This document shows positions 1 through 13,003 of a DNA stretch of 64,000 nt, one piece after another (the first letter of the stretch is position 1; every line of letters starts with the position of its first letter). The notes beneath the pieces were generated by a model that saw only the letters and a program-made list of their open reading frames with translations, made no database searches and was not told the DNA's origin. Both the position numbers and the translations under genes were made by a program. Location of the stretch: positions 92,380,001 to 92,444,000 of the forward strand of contig OZ024743.1 in the NCBI GenBank assembly GCA_964016885.1, written 5' to 3'. This DNA comes from Eledone cirrhosa. Its lineage: Eukaryota.

Positions 1-39
1 ATCATCATCATATAACGTCCATTTTCCATGCTAGCATGG

Positions 40-645
40 GTATATATTATGTTTATACTTCGAGAAGTATACATATCTACTAGTGTGTATATTATGTCTA
101 ACTGAGAGTGGTATAGATACACAATAGTGTGTATATTATGTTTATAACATAGAGAAGTTTAAATACCCAATAGTGTGTATATTATGTTTATATTTAGAGA
201 TGTATACATATCTAATAGTGTGTATATATTATGTTTATAACATAGAGAATTACAGACGCCCAAAAGTGTGTATATCATCATCACTGTTTTACATCCATTC
301 TTCCATGCTAGCATGGGTTAGACGGGTTGTTCTGTTGTGGGCAATGCTGGGTCAGGTGACTATGTCTTGCTCATACAGAACTGATTCTGGCTTGATTTCT
401 ACAGCTGGCTGCCCTTCCTAACACCAACCTCATTTACAGTGAGTACTGGGTGCTTTTTTTACCATGGTGCCTACACAACCACTTTTACAGTGTGGGCTGG
501 GTGCCTTTTGTTGTGACACCTACACGTATATATTACGTTTATACATAGAGCAGTATAGGCACCCAATAGTGGGTGTATATTATGTTTATACATAGAATAG
601 TATAGGCACCCAATAGTGGGTGTATATTATGTTTATAACAAAGTA
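40..645. repeat. ~40-45 bp minisatellite interrupted by a retroposon fragment
   Basis: Recurrent aatagtgtgtatattatgtttata(a)catagag units; interrupted at about 274-525. Confidence 0.75.
274..525 (-). mobile_element. SINE/RTE-tail retroposon fragment
   Basis: (ATC)n + ...ccattcttccatgctagcatgggtt resembles the reverse complement of the RTE 3' tail at 12680-12732. The same tail occurs at 1-40 and 4208-4250. Confidence 0.55.
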
Positions 646-1454
646 GTTTAAATTTCGAACTTATGATGTAGCATTCTGTGGACTCCAAGTTATGAACTGT
701 TGCCACAAAATATTTTTACAGACAACATACTTCATCTACTGTAAAACTATAATAAAATTATGAGGGAATCTTATTGTTTTTCCTTTTGTACTCTGTCCTG
801 TTGATTGTTTTTGTTATTTTATGTTTCTGGAGTATTTTTGAATAATTATTAAATGGAAGAGGGAAGTAGAGAGTTTAGCTTGGTCAACTTTGCTTTTCAT
901 CCTTTCAGGGTCAATAAATATAGTACCAGTACTGTACTGGGGTTTACTTCCCACCCTCTCCTCTCTCTCTCCATTGTGGGGAAAAAATCCTGAATACCCT
1001 GTGTAACTAAAAGTGTAGTATGTGAAAAGCCTATAAATAAGAACTGAAGTGAATGGTCAGGTAGACTGTGTGTATGGAGTCTCGTTGTAGTCTCCCATTG
1101 GTAGTTTGGAATTACGCTTGATGACTACCTTGGCTGTTACCCTTGTTTCGTACAGATATACAAAACAGGTGTGTCACACCATTATAACTGTCTCTCTCTC
1201 TCTCAAGATGTCACTCAGTCAGTGCCGGCCTTCCCTATAAGCTTGGACCACACACCCTTGGGGGCTTCATTTTTTTAAAATACATGCTTAGGGCCCCAGC
1301 AGATGAAAGTCTTGCCCTACAATCAGTCAGATCAAATCTGAAACTTTATGACTGCTAAGTGATTTTCTCAACTGTTTGGTTATGCTGAATCCACATCACT
1401 AAAAGAAGTCAATATTTAATATTTCCTTTTGTTGTTCTCCTTTTTTTTTTCTAG

Positions 1455-1677
1455 TATCCATGAGCATTCCTCTCAAAATAAGATGACGAATGGCAACCTA
1501 TCTGTGATTTTCGGACAGTCTCTGATGCAACCAGCACCGACACCGGAGCCAGCACCATCACTGGAACCAGGTTCAACACAGGAGGCTTTAGCTTACATGA
1601 ATGCCCTTCACCAGAATAATATTTTGAAATACTTGTTGGACTTGAAATGTTCTGGAAAAAACTTTCTTAAACCTTGA
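1455..1677 (+). CDS. Terminal coding exon of a RhoGAP-domain protein; upstream exons not identified in the window
   Basis: Polypyrimidine tract plus ctag acceptor (1451-1454). Translation IHEHSSQNKMTNGNLSVIFGQSLMQP...HQNNILKYLL matches the RhoGAP C-terminal motif NKMxxxNLAxVFGPxL. Stop TGA at 1675-1677; AATAAA at 1713-1718. Confidence 0.85.
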
Positions 1678-2114
1678 AGCTTCAAACTCATTATTTTTAT
1701 GTGCAAAATAATAATAAAAAAAAACCTAAAAAACAGAAAGAACAATTCACAAATGCATAATAATGCCTTCACACATTTTCCATGTTATTTCATATTTTGT
1801 TTTGTTTTGTTTTTAAGTTGGAGAGGAAGAGAAACTGCTTGCTAGCCATTTTTCAAACAATATCATCTTTGTCTTCTTCTACTTCTTCTTCTACTCCTTC
1901 ATTACATTTAATGACTTGCCAAGCTAATATATGTCTCGTATGCTGTGAAAAACGAAGTTACACCATTTTACTTACTCAAACATTGCTACTTGGAAGGAAG
2001 CTTGATGCAAGATTATTTCAACAGAGTTAACATCAACATTGTGATAGTTATCAATTATTATTATTATCATTATCATCATCATCATTAATATTATTATTAT
2101 TATAATCATTATTA

Positions 2115-2332
2115 AGGGCAGTTAATTGGCAATATCGGTAGAACTTCGGACAACATGTTTTGTGGTATAAAGTTACAGCCCTTTACATTCTGAGTTCACA
2201 TCCTGCCAAGGTTAGCTTTGCCTTTCATCCTTATGGTGTTGATAAAATAAAGTACCAGTAATGTGCTGGAGTCAATTGAATAGACTTTTCCCTTCCCTTC
2301 AAATAGCTGGCCTTGTGTCAACTGTAGAAACA
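2115..2332 (+). mobile_element. tRNA-derived SINE (long form)
   Basis: A-box-like tggcaatatcggtaga, B-box-like gagttcacatcc, core ctttgcctttcatccttanggggtcgataaaataaagtaccag, tail gctggccttgtg..tagaaac; flanked by (ATT)n. Confidence 0.85.
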
Positions 2333-2582
2333 GTTATAATGATGATGATGATAAATGAATCACTGTTGATAATGATAATTTAGATGGTTATAACAAGAGG
2401 TTGATGATGACTAAAGAAAATGCAAAAATGATATTCTCATTGAATGACGATGCTATTGTTGCTCGTGTTGTTGTTGTTGTTGCTACTGTTGCTAATGCTG
2501 TTGTTGATAATGATGGAACTGAACACCGGAGATAAATTAATCAGCATGGTGTATTAAACTGTTTTTATTATTTTTTCAATGT

Positions 2583-2770
2583 AGGGCGGTAGATTGGCAG
2601 TATTGGTAGAGGGTGGGACGCCATCCTTTGATGCATAGAGTTACGGCCCTTGCCATTCTGAGTTCAAATCCCGCCGAGGTTGACTTTGCCTTTCATCCTT
2701 ACGGGGTCGATAAAATAAAGTACCAGTAATGTACTGGGTAATTGCTGGCCTTGTGCCAAAAGTAGAAACA
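2583..2770 (+). mobile_element. tRNA-derived SINE (short form)
   Basis: Same family; gagttcaaatcccgccgagg B-box; deletion junction tactggg|taattgctggcc. Confidence 0.85.
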
Positions 2771-2987
2771 ATTATTTTTTCAATGTTAACATTCTTGCCT
2801 CTCCCCCCCCCATATCTTATACCCCCCCCCCCCCCCCCCATCAGCTTATTTCAAACACTGGACTTCAAAAACAATTCCTTTGTTGTTTTTAATCTGATTG
2901 CTTTAAAATGTTCCTAAAACTCTACATTATTCCACTAAACTTCCACACACTCATCTTATGTTTTCCAATTATTATTATTATTATCAA

Positions 2988-3612
2988 GTAGAGAGTCGGA
3001 CGCCATGCTTTGCAGCAAAGAGTTACGACCCTTTATGGTCTGAGTTCAAATCCCGCCGAGGTTGACTTTGCCTTTCATCCTTACGGGGTCGATAAAATAA
3101 AGTACCAGTAATGTACTGGGTAATTGCTGGCCTTGTGCCAAATGTAGAAACAATTATTATTATCAAGATAATAGATTGGCAATATCGGTAGAGCATCAGA
3201 CACTCTGCTTTGTAGCAAAGAGTTACGTCCCTTTATGATCTGAGTTCAAATTCTGCCGAGGTTAACTTTGCCTTTCATCCTTACGGGGTTGATAAAATAA
3301 AGCACCAGTAATGCACTGAGGTTGATTTAATCAACTTTTCCCTGCCCCAAAATTGTTGGCCTTGTGCCTAAATCAGAAACCTTTACTATTATTATTAAAG
3401 CAGTGGATTGATAGTATCGGTAAAGCGTTGGCCACTCAGCTTTGCAGCATAGAGTTACAGCCCTTTGCGTTCTGAGTTCAAATTCCGCCATGGTTAGCTT
3501 TGCTTTTCATCCTTACGGGGTCGATAAAATAAAGTATCAGTAATATACTGGGGTTAATTTAATTGACTTTTCCCTCTCCTAAAATTGTTGGCCTTGTGCC
3601 TAAATCAGAAAC
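2988..3612 (+). mobile_element. Three head-to-tail SINE copies (~2988-3152, ~3168-3380, ~3398-3612)
   Basis: Three consecutive copies of the same SINE core separated by (ATT)n. Confidence 0.85.
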
Positions 3613-4030
3613 CATTATTATTATTATTATTATATATATATGTATATGTATATATGTATATATATATATATTTGTGATGTTGCCTCATGTTTTTTTTTAT
3701 TAGTTATTGAGGTAGTTATTGTATATGCTATTATATCATAATTTCTCTCATTTGTGCCTGTGTGTTAGTATGTGTGTATGTATGTGTGTGTGTATGTGTG
3801 TATGTATGTGTGTGTGCTTATGCATATCTATATATATATATATATGTGTGTGTGTATCATAAGAAACAATTGATTTTACATCTGAATGCCCTTCCTGATG
3901 CTAACACATTTAGTTGTCTCTTATGGCATACAAATATATAGTGTACTTATTCTAAAAATCATGATATATATATGGTCATCTGATGTGACTTGTCTCACAA
4001 TGGGACAACTCTAAACAACAATGATGATGA

Positions 4031-4080
<50 letters not shown>

Positions 4081-4529
4081 TGTAATGTATGTATGTATTT
4101 CAGGGATACACTGTGGAGACTAATCTAAACAAATGGTTGATCTAAACATCAAAAAATAAAACTTGAACATTATTTTATAAATATGATTTATTGGAATGTT
4201 AATTAATCCATGCAAGCGGGGAAAAATAGACATTAAATGATGATGATGATGTTATATTTATAAATATTACCCAAAGTCATTTATTAAAAGGACTGTTTTT
4301 TCTAGTTGAAAATCTAGTAAGAAGAGTTACAAGTTGCAATACTGACAGTCAATTGGTTTTATTATTTTTTAAATAGTTTCAACTAAGAAGTTTAACAACA
4401 AATTGTGATTGAAACTAAATTAATTATTGAATAATATCCTGGAAACTGGTTAAATGTTGCTGTCTCACAGCATGATATAAAACATACCTTTTGTTACTAA
4501 CTGTGCTAGGGCCATATGTTATAATTTAA

Positions 4530-5200
4530 ACATCTAGTTTAGCTCATCACATCTCTTTTCTGTCATCATCTAACCTCTGTACTGTTATAGGATACAATCT
4601 AAGTGTTTCGCTTGACATATGACATGCCTCTATCACTAACCAACCACTGTACTCCATTTTATGTTACAGTCTATGTGTTTAGCTTGACATATGACATACT
4701 TCTGTCACTAACCAATCACTGTACTGTATTTTTTGTTACAATCTAAGTGTTTAACTTGACATATGACATGCCTCTATCATTAAGCATTCACTGTACTGTT
4801 ATATGTTGCAACTTAAGTGTTCAGCTTCGTATATGTCATTACCTTGTCACTATCCAATCACTACTGCATTATATGTTATCATCTAAGTGTTTAGCTTGAC
4901 ACATCACTTTTCTGTCATCAAGCATTCACTGTACTATGTTATATATTGCAATCTATGTGTTTAGCTTGACACATGTCATGCCTCTGTATCCACCAACCAC
5001 TGTACTGGGTTATATCTTACAATCTAAGTGTTTAGCTTAACATATGACATGTATGTCTGCCATCCGACATTCTTTGTTCTAGGATAGCTATAGGTTACTC
5101 TCTGTCATCAAATGAGCTATATGTCGCAATGTAAGTATTTAACTTGACATATGGGATACCTTTGTTGTCAACCAATCACTGTACTGAGTTATATGTCTTC
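4530..5200. repeat. ~70-72 bp degenerate minisatellite, about 8-9 copies
   Basis: atctaagtgtttagcttgacatatgaca...cactgtact recurs at about 4597, 4669, 4741, 4881, 4951, 5022 and 5129. Confidence 0.85.
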
Positions 5201-5497
5201 ATGTTGCTAAATCCTCAACCTGCTTGTACCCCAACCCAACATTGCAACTATAACAATATGTTATGGTTATTTATAATAAACACACTTTTGATTCAGTAAA
5301 CATTGAAATATAGTTTAATTGTATTGAATAAATAAGTTTTTCTTGATCCCATTAAAGTCAGATATATTTTTTACCCTTCTAGGGTTGATAAAATGAATAC
5401 CAGTCATGAACTGGATGCTGATCTTAGACAATTACTCTCTCCCCTGAACAGTAAGGCTATGTGCCTAAGGTAGAAATCATAATCGTTATTGTTGGAA

Positions 5498-5697
5498 TGG
5501 CAGTGGATTGGCAGAATCGGTAGAGCACCGGACACTCTGCTTCACGGCATAAAGTTATGGAGTTCAAATTCCGCCGAGGCTAGCTTTGCCTTTCATTCTT
5601 ACGGGGTCGATAAAATACACCAGTAATGCACTGGGCCGATTTGATTGACTTTCTCCCCCCCCCCCCAATTGCTGGCCTTGTGCCTATAGTAGAAACC
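5498..5697 (+). mobile_element. tRNA-derived SINE (long form); a decayed partial copy lies just upstream at ~5355-5478
   Basis: Same A/B-box, core and tail motifs. Confidence 0.8.
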
Positions 5698-5993
5698 ATT
5701 ATTATTATCATGAATATTTTTTTAAGTTTCATTTTTCATCTCTCTGTAATTGTTAAGTCTGTCATATCGTTTTGTCTCTGAGAGAAAACTGATGTGAAAA
5801 AAAAAAAAGCAAATACAAGAATTTTTACCTCTTTTATCAAAACATACTATTTAGTTTTAAACCAATATATATTAGAATGGGTGTTTAAAATGCCATAGTA
5901 CTTTAAAACTTCAATCATTAACTGATTTAGAACTCAGTATGTGTGGTACAGTGTTAATTTTCCTTTGTGTAGAAAAGTGGCATATATATCATA

Positions 5994-5995
<2 letters not shown>

Positions 5996-6060
<65 letters not shown>

Positions 6061-6243
6061 TTATATATACACATTTATATATATACATACATATTTATTT
6101 ATATATATACATACATTTATATATATATATATACATTTATATATATATATATTCATATATATATATATATATACACATTTATATATATATATATACACAT
6201 TTATATATATACATACACATTTATTTATATATATACATACATT

Positions 6244-6279
<36 letters not shown>

Positions 6280-6282
6280 TGT
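5996..6282. repeat. Compound (AT)n/(AC)n microsatellite
   Basis: Direct inspection; it explains the low-complexity YI-repeat ORFs. Confidence 0.95.
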
Positions 6283-6424
6283 ATTTTGAAGTTATTGTTA
6301 CCAAGTGCAATTTTACCAGAATTCATTCATTTTTTTTTTCTTTGCTTATTATTCACATTGACTGTATATATATACACATATATGTGTGTGTGTATATATA
6401 TATATACACACACATATACACACG

Positions 6425-6737
6425 CAGGTGAACCTCACCCTACATCGTTAATTGGTTCCAGAAGTCAAGACATAAGTCAAATTAACCCTCCTTTAAACCA
6501 CCAATAGGCATTCCCCAGTACTCTACTTTAACATATAGTATACAGTACAGAACACCACTATTTATGTTTTTATTGTATTTTTTGTGTTTTTTTATAGATT
6601 AATATTTTTGGCAGACCGACGTAAAGTTGAGCCATTCAACATAACACAAGGTTTATTTTTGCCATATGATATTTAACAAAAACACCATAACTTCGAAAAT
6701 GACAAAACTCGAAATGACGTAAGCTGAGGTATACCTG
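6425..6737. mobile_element. Tigger/pogo-like MITE
   Basis: Imperfect TIRs caggtgaacctcaccctacatcgtt / aaatgacgtaagctgaggtatacctg, followed by TA. Confidence 0.65.
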
Positions 6738-7004
6738 TATATATATGTTGAATGTATTTATGACTTAAAGTAATGGATGTACGCAGTTGAATGCATCTGT
6801 AAATAAAATCTTCATTTTTCGGTACATAATTTAAGATATAATAAAATGAAAACTTTATATTTATATGTTTTTATCTTTTTCTTGTACTGGTAAAAGTAAG
6901 AAGTGTCTTGTTTTCAACCTCTTATCAGCCATCCTCACTATCTATCTCTATCTAATGAAAGAGAGAATTTTGTTGCTAAAGAAAGAGAGAGAGAGACGGA
7001 CTGT

Positions 7005-7510
7005 GACGTGTTTTACTACAAAACCCTCCATCAGGCATCTACCATACTCTGAACGCCTTGCTTCCCTGGGCATGAATACATTGAAGCTCCGACATCTGAC
7101 AACTGATTTGGTAAACACCCACAAAATTATTAACCACCTCTCCAACAACAACCCTGAGTACCTTTTTGATTTCCATGTGTCTAACACCTGTGGACATGCC
7201 TACAAAGTCAGAAAACAGCACAGCTCCCATGACTTTTGGAAACATTTTTTCAACTTCAGAATTACTGAAGCATGGAACAAACTACTTGCATCAGTTGTTA
7301 GCTGTCAGGACACTGCATCCTTCAAAACTTCCATGCTTCCCAAAATTCGCCAACACTGCACCTGGTATTCCCCCTCCATAAACACGCACATATGTGTCTG
7401 TGTGTATATCATGACTTATACACTGTTCACTTTCCTGACATTTGTACATTATTCTATGCACCTTTGATGAGTTGTAGTGCACCTGAGCACTACACAATCA
7501 TTTTCATTTC
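7005..7510 (+). mobile_element. CR1-clade LINE 3' fragment (ORF2 C-terminus plus 3' UTR)
   Basis: LPYSERLASLGMNTLKLR...DLVNTHKI...TCGHAYKV...FFNFRITEAWNKL...FK is the typical CR1 ORF2 C-terminal signature. Confidence 0.85.
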
Positions 7511-7803
7511 ATAACTTTATGCAACTCCTGAAAGACAAAAGCGCTAGATTCAAAGTATAATCAAGGTTTTAATATTAATATTTTTTTTTTAATCCAAGTT
7601 ATAAACAGTGTCTTATTAACTTATTCTGACAATTCTATGTACTCAATAGAACTTAGGACAATTTGTGAGATGTGGACCCCTTGCCTGTCTTGGTCTTTGA
7701 AGACCCATCCAACCCTTACAACAGAGAAAACAGATATTAAATTATGAATACTCATTCTTGCGTTCATCAACATCACACGGATATATATGTATGTGTGTAT
7801 ATG

Positions 7804-7847
<44 letters not shown>

Positions 7848-8078
7848 AGTGTGTGTATACAGCATCAACTCACTACACATTTTCCTGTTGCACACACACA
7901 TACATACACAGCTACTAACCTTCTGGACATAAGTAAAAATTCAATTTTCATGGCCAGGTGACACCAACAATGCTGCTCTGAAGATGCATAGAGAATTTAA
8001 TCAGCATGTCTGCTCCTCTCTTCCAACCTTTTAGTCTTTTTGATCACATAAAATAAGCTTCTTCTTCTTCTTTATTAT

Positions 8079-8260
8079 AGGGCGGTGAATTGGCAGTATC
8101 GGTAGAGGGTCAGACATGCTTTCCAGCGTAGTTACGTCCTTTTACGATCTGAGTTCAAATCCCGCCGAGGTTAACCTTGCCATTCATCCTTACGGGGTCG
8201 ATAAAATAAAGTACCAGTAATACACTGGGTAATTGCTGGCCTTGTGCCAAAAGTAGAAAC
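8079..8260 (+). mobile_element. tRNA-derived SINE (short form)
   Basis: Near-identical core to the 2583 copy. Confidence 0.85.
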
Positions 8261-8274
8261 ATTATTATTATTAT

Positions 8275-8750
8275 TATTCCTGAGAGGGTTGTGGGGGCAG
8301 AGTCGTCAAACATTCCTTCCAGTGGGTCCAGTCGGAAACAACTGTCTCCAACTGACCCAGCTAGATCCCCAAGCAAGACTAGCCAAGCTCATGGACGTTA
8401 TCCAACCATAAAAGTGATTCTTTCCTGAGACATTCCAACCACATGCCCATAGTATCAGAGCTGTGATCTCTCAATTCAGAGAAGTAGCAGCTCTACCATG
8501 AGTGACTCTCTCATCTAAGTAATGTTACTCCAAAGACACTTCGGAGGAACCCCATATCAGCCGCTTGTATTCATGATCGTATTCTTTTGGTTTCATAACC
8601 GTAGGTAAGGGTTGTCATGAATACAAAATTGAAGATAGCAAGTTTGGCTCTTACATCTTCTGATTACCGAATGCCGAAGCAATTGTTATTACTGCTGCTT
8701 TCCTGTCTAATATCATATTCCACCTCTCCTGAATCTTCATGTTGTTGTTA
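8275..8750 (-). mobile_element. Decayed RTE-like LINE 3' fragment
   Basis: Minus strand reads KLAIFNFVFMTTLTYG...IQAADMGFLRSVFGVT; clear nucleotide similarity to 18230-18568. Confidence 0.7.
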
Positions 8751-9574
8751 GAGCTCATACCTATATAGGTTTAGCTAGCTTTCTATGTGGTTGTACCACA
8801 TACATGGTTTCTAGGACAGTTTAATGAAAGGGCCCCCTGTCCTATCATGTAAAGACCAACCACCTCCACCACCACCAGACCAGATGTGAGTTCATTCATG
8901 CTGTAATGCACTGGGATGGATTTAATTGATTCCTACAAAATATTGCTGGCCTTGTTCCTAAATCAAAAACCATGATTTATAATAGCAAACTGCCCCTGTA
9001 AAAGTGTCTGGCCCTAAAACATTGCCTCTAAAAGAACTCCATAAGGGCACTGAAACCGATGGGGCTTGATAGGTATGGAACTTATCATGGGGTCCCACAA
9101 AGGTAACCCTTGCTTTAAGAGGAGAGATGGCCTTAAAACGCTTGTTTTCCTTCAAAGTCAACTCGGCCTTTCATCTCCTTAAAGCTTGATAAATAAGTAT
9201 TTACCATAATTATCTTCCCTTCTCTTTCGAATGTTGATTTGAACCAGTTAAAGAAATTAATATTTATTGTTTATTTTCCTTTTTTTCTTTTTTGAAAAAT
9301 TAACCTTTTCGTTTTCATATTTCTAATTAAAATACTGCTATGATTTTCAAATAATTTTGAAAATAATCAAGAATTTGGAAGGATTGAGGAAAATAAGTAA
9401 CTTTCTCATTATTAAGATGGTATTAGCCCGATATTCAGTATCACACACACGCACGCACGCATGCGCGCATATATATATATATAAGATTAAAGTAACTTTG
9501 TTTCACTTGAGTTGGATTTTCAAAATTTTATTAATCAATAACTGGCTTCTATCTGCATTTTTATTATTTTTTTT

Positions 9575-9830
9575 ACAAGTTGTTTATTTCAAACGCTGGT
9601 TTGAAGTCACACCAACAAGCACATGATGGTAAAATCCAAGTTGACTATTCAAACTTGGTTGCAGAGAATCAGTTCCAGTGCCATGTTTGTCAGAAAATTA
9701 GCAAATCAGGTGGTGGATTGAAGTGATATTTGAACATACACACTAAGCAAATCTAAAATGGAAACAAGAACAAAACGAGACATCTTCGTATTGTTTATGG
9801 ACGGGTCTTTTACAGGCTTTCAGGACTCGA
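9575..9830 (+). mobile_element. Decayed C2H2 zinc-finger coding relic, probably an RTE/BovB-type LINE C-terminus
   Basis: AGLKSHQQAH...FQCHVCQKISKSGGGLK*YLNIH, with an in-frame stop. Confidence 0.5.
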
Positions 9831-10555
9831 AAGAAAAAACCAAAGATAGAAATTTTAATTTCAGTGTATTTAAGTTAAAGAGAATAGCTTAGTGTATTTA
9901 TGTGTTTGTTAATTTGCTTTTTCTTTACAATTTGCTAAACAGCTAAGCATATAAATTTATTACGATTTCCCCTCCTCGTAGAGAAATCTAGTTATCTATT
10001 GCTCTATGGCCAGGGAAAAGCGCCTCATTCCCTAATTTACTTATTTCAAACACCAATAAATCTACCATTAATCTTAAAGATAGTTATAGTTATTTCTGTT
10101 CTCATGCTATCATGGATTAGCTAAGAATCTTTAGTATTATGGATTCCTGTTTTATATAAGAACTGTCTCAAAGTGTAATTTTAACATGTATATCAAAGCC
10201 ATCGCAAAAGGAAGAGAATTGAATGCTAGCTGATAGCTTTCTTTAACAATTCTAACGCTATAGTTTTTGCTGGTCCTTCACACTGGCCTAATATATGTCT
10301 ATATGATAGTACACATTTACTCTATATAAAAGGCGTGCCAATGTGGCAGTACAGGAATGGCTGTGATTAAACTTGTGCCTCGTGCTAAAGTTGTGAGTAA
10401 TAGGTCTGTGTATGCCATAGCTATCTATTCAGCTGGTCCTATAGGGCAATATGTATGTGTTTACAATTGTGAAAATATTTTATTTCTGCCTAAGGATATT
10501 AAAACCAAGATCTACCCAACTGGATCGTGAAGGGGTTTAAGGTGAGATATATCCT

Positions 10556-10795
10556 ATATATTCTGTGTTTACAAGAGGTAACGAGTTCTTCCTTTTTGTT
10601 TAATAGTTGGTCCTTGGCAAACGTCATCTGGAACATTTACTTCGAGCATAAATTGCACGGACGGCATCCTCCCGAGTAAGATTTTGCCTTGGAAAGTAGG
10701 CTCCATTTTAGATGATAGGTGATATTGTTTTCTTGGAGGTCCCAGATATAGCCAGAAAGTGCTGTAGCGTGTCGCCGGGCCGGGTTTCTTTCTTC
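10556..10795 (-). mobile_element. Penelope-like element, C-terminal endonuclease-region fragment
   Basis: Minus strand HATALSGYIWDLQENNITYHLKWSLLSKAKSYSGGCRPCNLCSK*...LLNKKEELVTSCKHR, typical of PLE C-termini downstream of GIY-YIG. Confidence 0.75.
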
Positions 10796-11128
10796 TAGTC
10801 TCTGTCTCTATCTAGAATATAAAAACAAAAACACATACACTCAAACGCAAACACACACCAAACATTAAACACACACGCAAACGTATGCACAGAGATAGAA
10901 ACAAGAAGAAATAAATAAAATAAAAATGACGTAGACTTTACAATACAATGGGAGGAAACATAATAGTACCACTGATGATGTCGCAGATGTGTGATGAAAG
11001 AACTCTGATAGACTATATATATATATATTAATAATAATAATAATATTATTATTGGTTAGTTTCAGAAGATCCCGTTAAGGGTGAAAGCAGCGATTCTTTG
11101 CTTAAACTTTAATCTGTTATTTTAATAA

Positions 11129-11160
<32 letters not shown>

Positions 11161-12054
11161 CTGTATTTTTAACCGTTGGTCAATCAATGATAAACATTGA
11201 TTGCCAAATAAATTAACTATGGAGATATAAAAGATACAGAAGCGAAAACCAACCCAAACCAAACAGTGAGTGTGTTCTGTTATTATTTCTGGCAATATTA
11301 TAACTATATGACCCTCCCCAAGTACAACAATATTTGTTTTGACACACGATTTCATATCAAAAACCTTGCAAAACTTATATATATAATGGATGATCGCATT
11401 TAATGTCTGTTAAAGGTTCTTGGCACTACCATTGTTACCATCGCTTTCCTCTAGCCATGGGGCTTGGAGACATGAACCGAATGCTACCATTCTATTTTAT
11501 ATCAACGTGAACTGCTATTTCTAATAGCCATCTTTTCACGCCTTGATAATTTGTGTGTGAGACACGTTGGCTGAGGGCTTCTGACAGGAACTAATAGATT
11601 GATTCTTTTTAGCTTCCCGTCCCCACGTAAAATCTGTAAATCAGTGGCTAGTTAAGAGATAGAGTCCTATCGGTTGCCAGTTAATCGCTTTACCGTGTCG
11701 GTTGTCACAAACAGTCATGACCGGCACGGGCCGGTGTTGGGATTATGTCGATTGATTGGTTATTGATTAGGCGATACCCGCTGATGAAGCCGCATAAGCC
11801 GATTGTGCATTGTTGCATAATATATGCAGACAGATAGTGGAGTGCACCTTACTGCTGCATTAGTGCAGCAGAAACTCAAGTCCGGGAACCTTATAGGCAC
11901 CCGTTTTACGTGTGTTGTGTTGAGGCAAATAACTATGTGTATACTCTGGTAATGTATCTTACATTGCCCATGAAGTACGCTGAGATACAACTGGTACTGG
12001 CATTGATAAATATGCTGGGTCCGTCAACCCTTATTATATATATATATATATAGT

Positions 12055-12731
12055 AGAAGTCGCACTGATAGACACATTTTTCAAATGCAAGAGGGCGCTA
12101 TAGAAGTGGTGGATAGCTTCCGGTACCTAGGAGATCAGATTAGCATGGGAGGAGGGTGTTCCGAGGCCATAGTATCTAGAATAAGGACGGATTGGAAGAA
12201 GTTTAGGGAGCTGCTTCCTCTGTTGACGAAGAAGGGTTTCTCCCTGCGTATGAAAGGCTGGTTGTATGATGCCTGTGTGAGGAGTGCGATGCTGCATGGT
12301 AGTGAGACATGGGCAGCAACTGCAGAGGATATGCGACGGCTGGAGAGAAATGAGGCAAGCATGCTCCGTTGGATGTGCAGTGTAAATGTGCGTGAACGAC
12401 CCAGCATAAATGTGTTGAGAGAGAAACTGTGTCTGAGAGGGATAGAATGTAGTGTACGGGAGAGGAGACTGAGGTGGTATGGACATGTGATGCGCATGGA
12501 GGATGACCGATGGGTGAAGAAGTGCCAGGAATTGCCAGTTGAAGGAAGACGTGGTAGAGGTAGACCACGAAAAACATGGGCGGAGGTGGTGAGAACAGAC
12601 CTCAGATCATTGAAGCTCACGGTGGAGATGACGAGGGACCGTGACGAGTGGAGAGATGCTGTGCTGAATAAGACCCGTCCCACCCTTGCAAGCAGGAAAA
12701 AGCGGACGTAAAACGATGATGATGATGATGA

Positions 12732-12732
<1 letters not shown>
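12055..12732 (+). mobile_element. 5'-truncated RTE-clade LINE with open ORF remnant (12085-12711) and (GAT)n tail
   Basis: VDSFRYLG, LYDACVRSAMLHGSETW, RLRWYGHVMR and GRRGRGRPRKTW motifs; (GAT)n tail; inserted in a (TA)n tract. Confidence 0.9.
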
Positions 12733-12766
<34 letters not shown>

Positions 12767-13003
12767 CATAGATTTAGATTCATACATGTAACATGTATTG
12801 CACTACCTTATGTTTTAAAGCATAAGCGTGGCAGCGACTATAGACTGTACTCGGCAGTACAGAATGCACGAAGCAGCTTAATTCATCGGGGACACTGAAT
12901 GTCTGAATGAGATCTTGTTTTCAAGTTGTGTGCCAAAAGGGGCTAAACCCTAAAAAGAATGTTAGTCCATTTTCTAAGGGAGGCGACTCTTGTTTAATAA
13001 TTA

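Noticed and set aside
5939-6507. 116-188 aa YI-rich ORFs, and similar CV/HT-repeat ORFs at 7758 and 14191-14639
   Set aside because: Translations of (AT)n/(AC)n microsatellites.
10770-10800. Possible Helitron 3' end (gccgggccggg...ctagt)
   Set aside because: Better explained as minus-strand Penelope coding sequence.
12127-12683. Minus-strand ORFs of 119-182 aa
   Set aside because: Antisense shadows of the RTE ORF.
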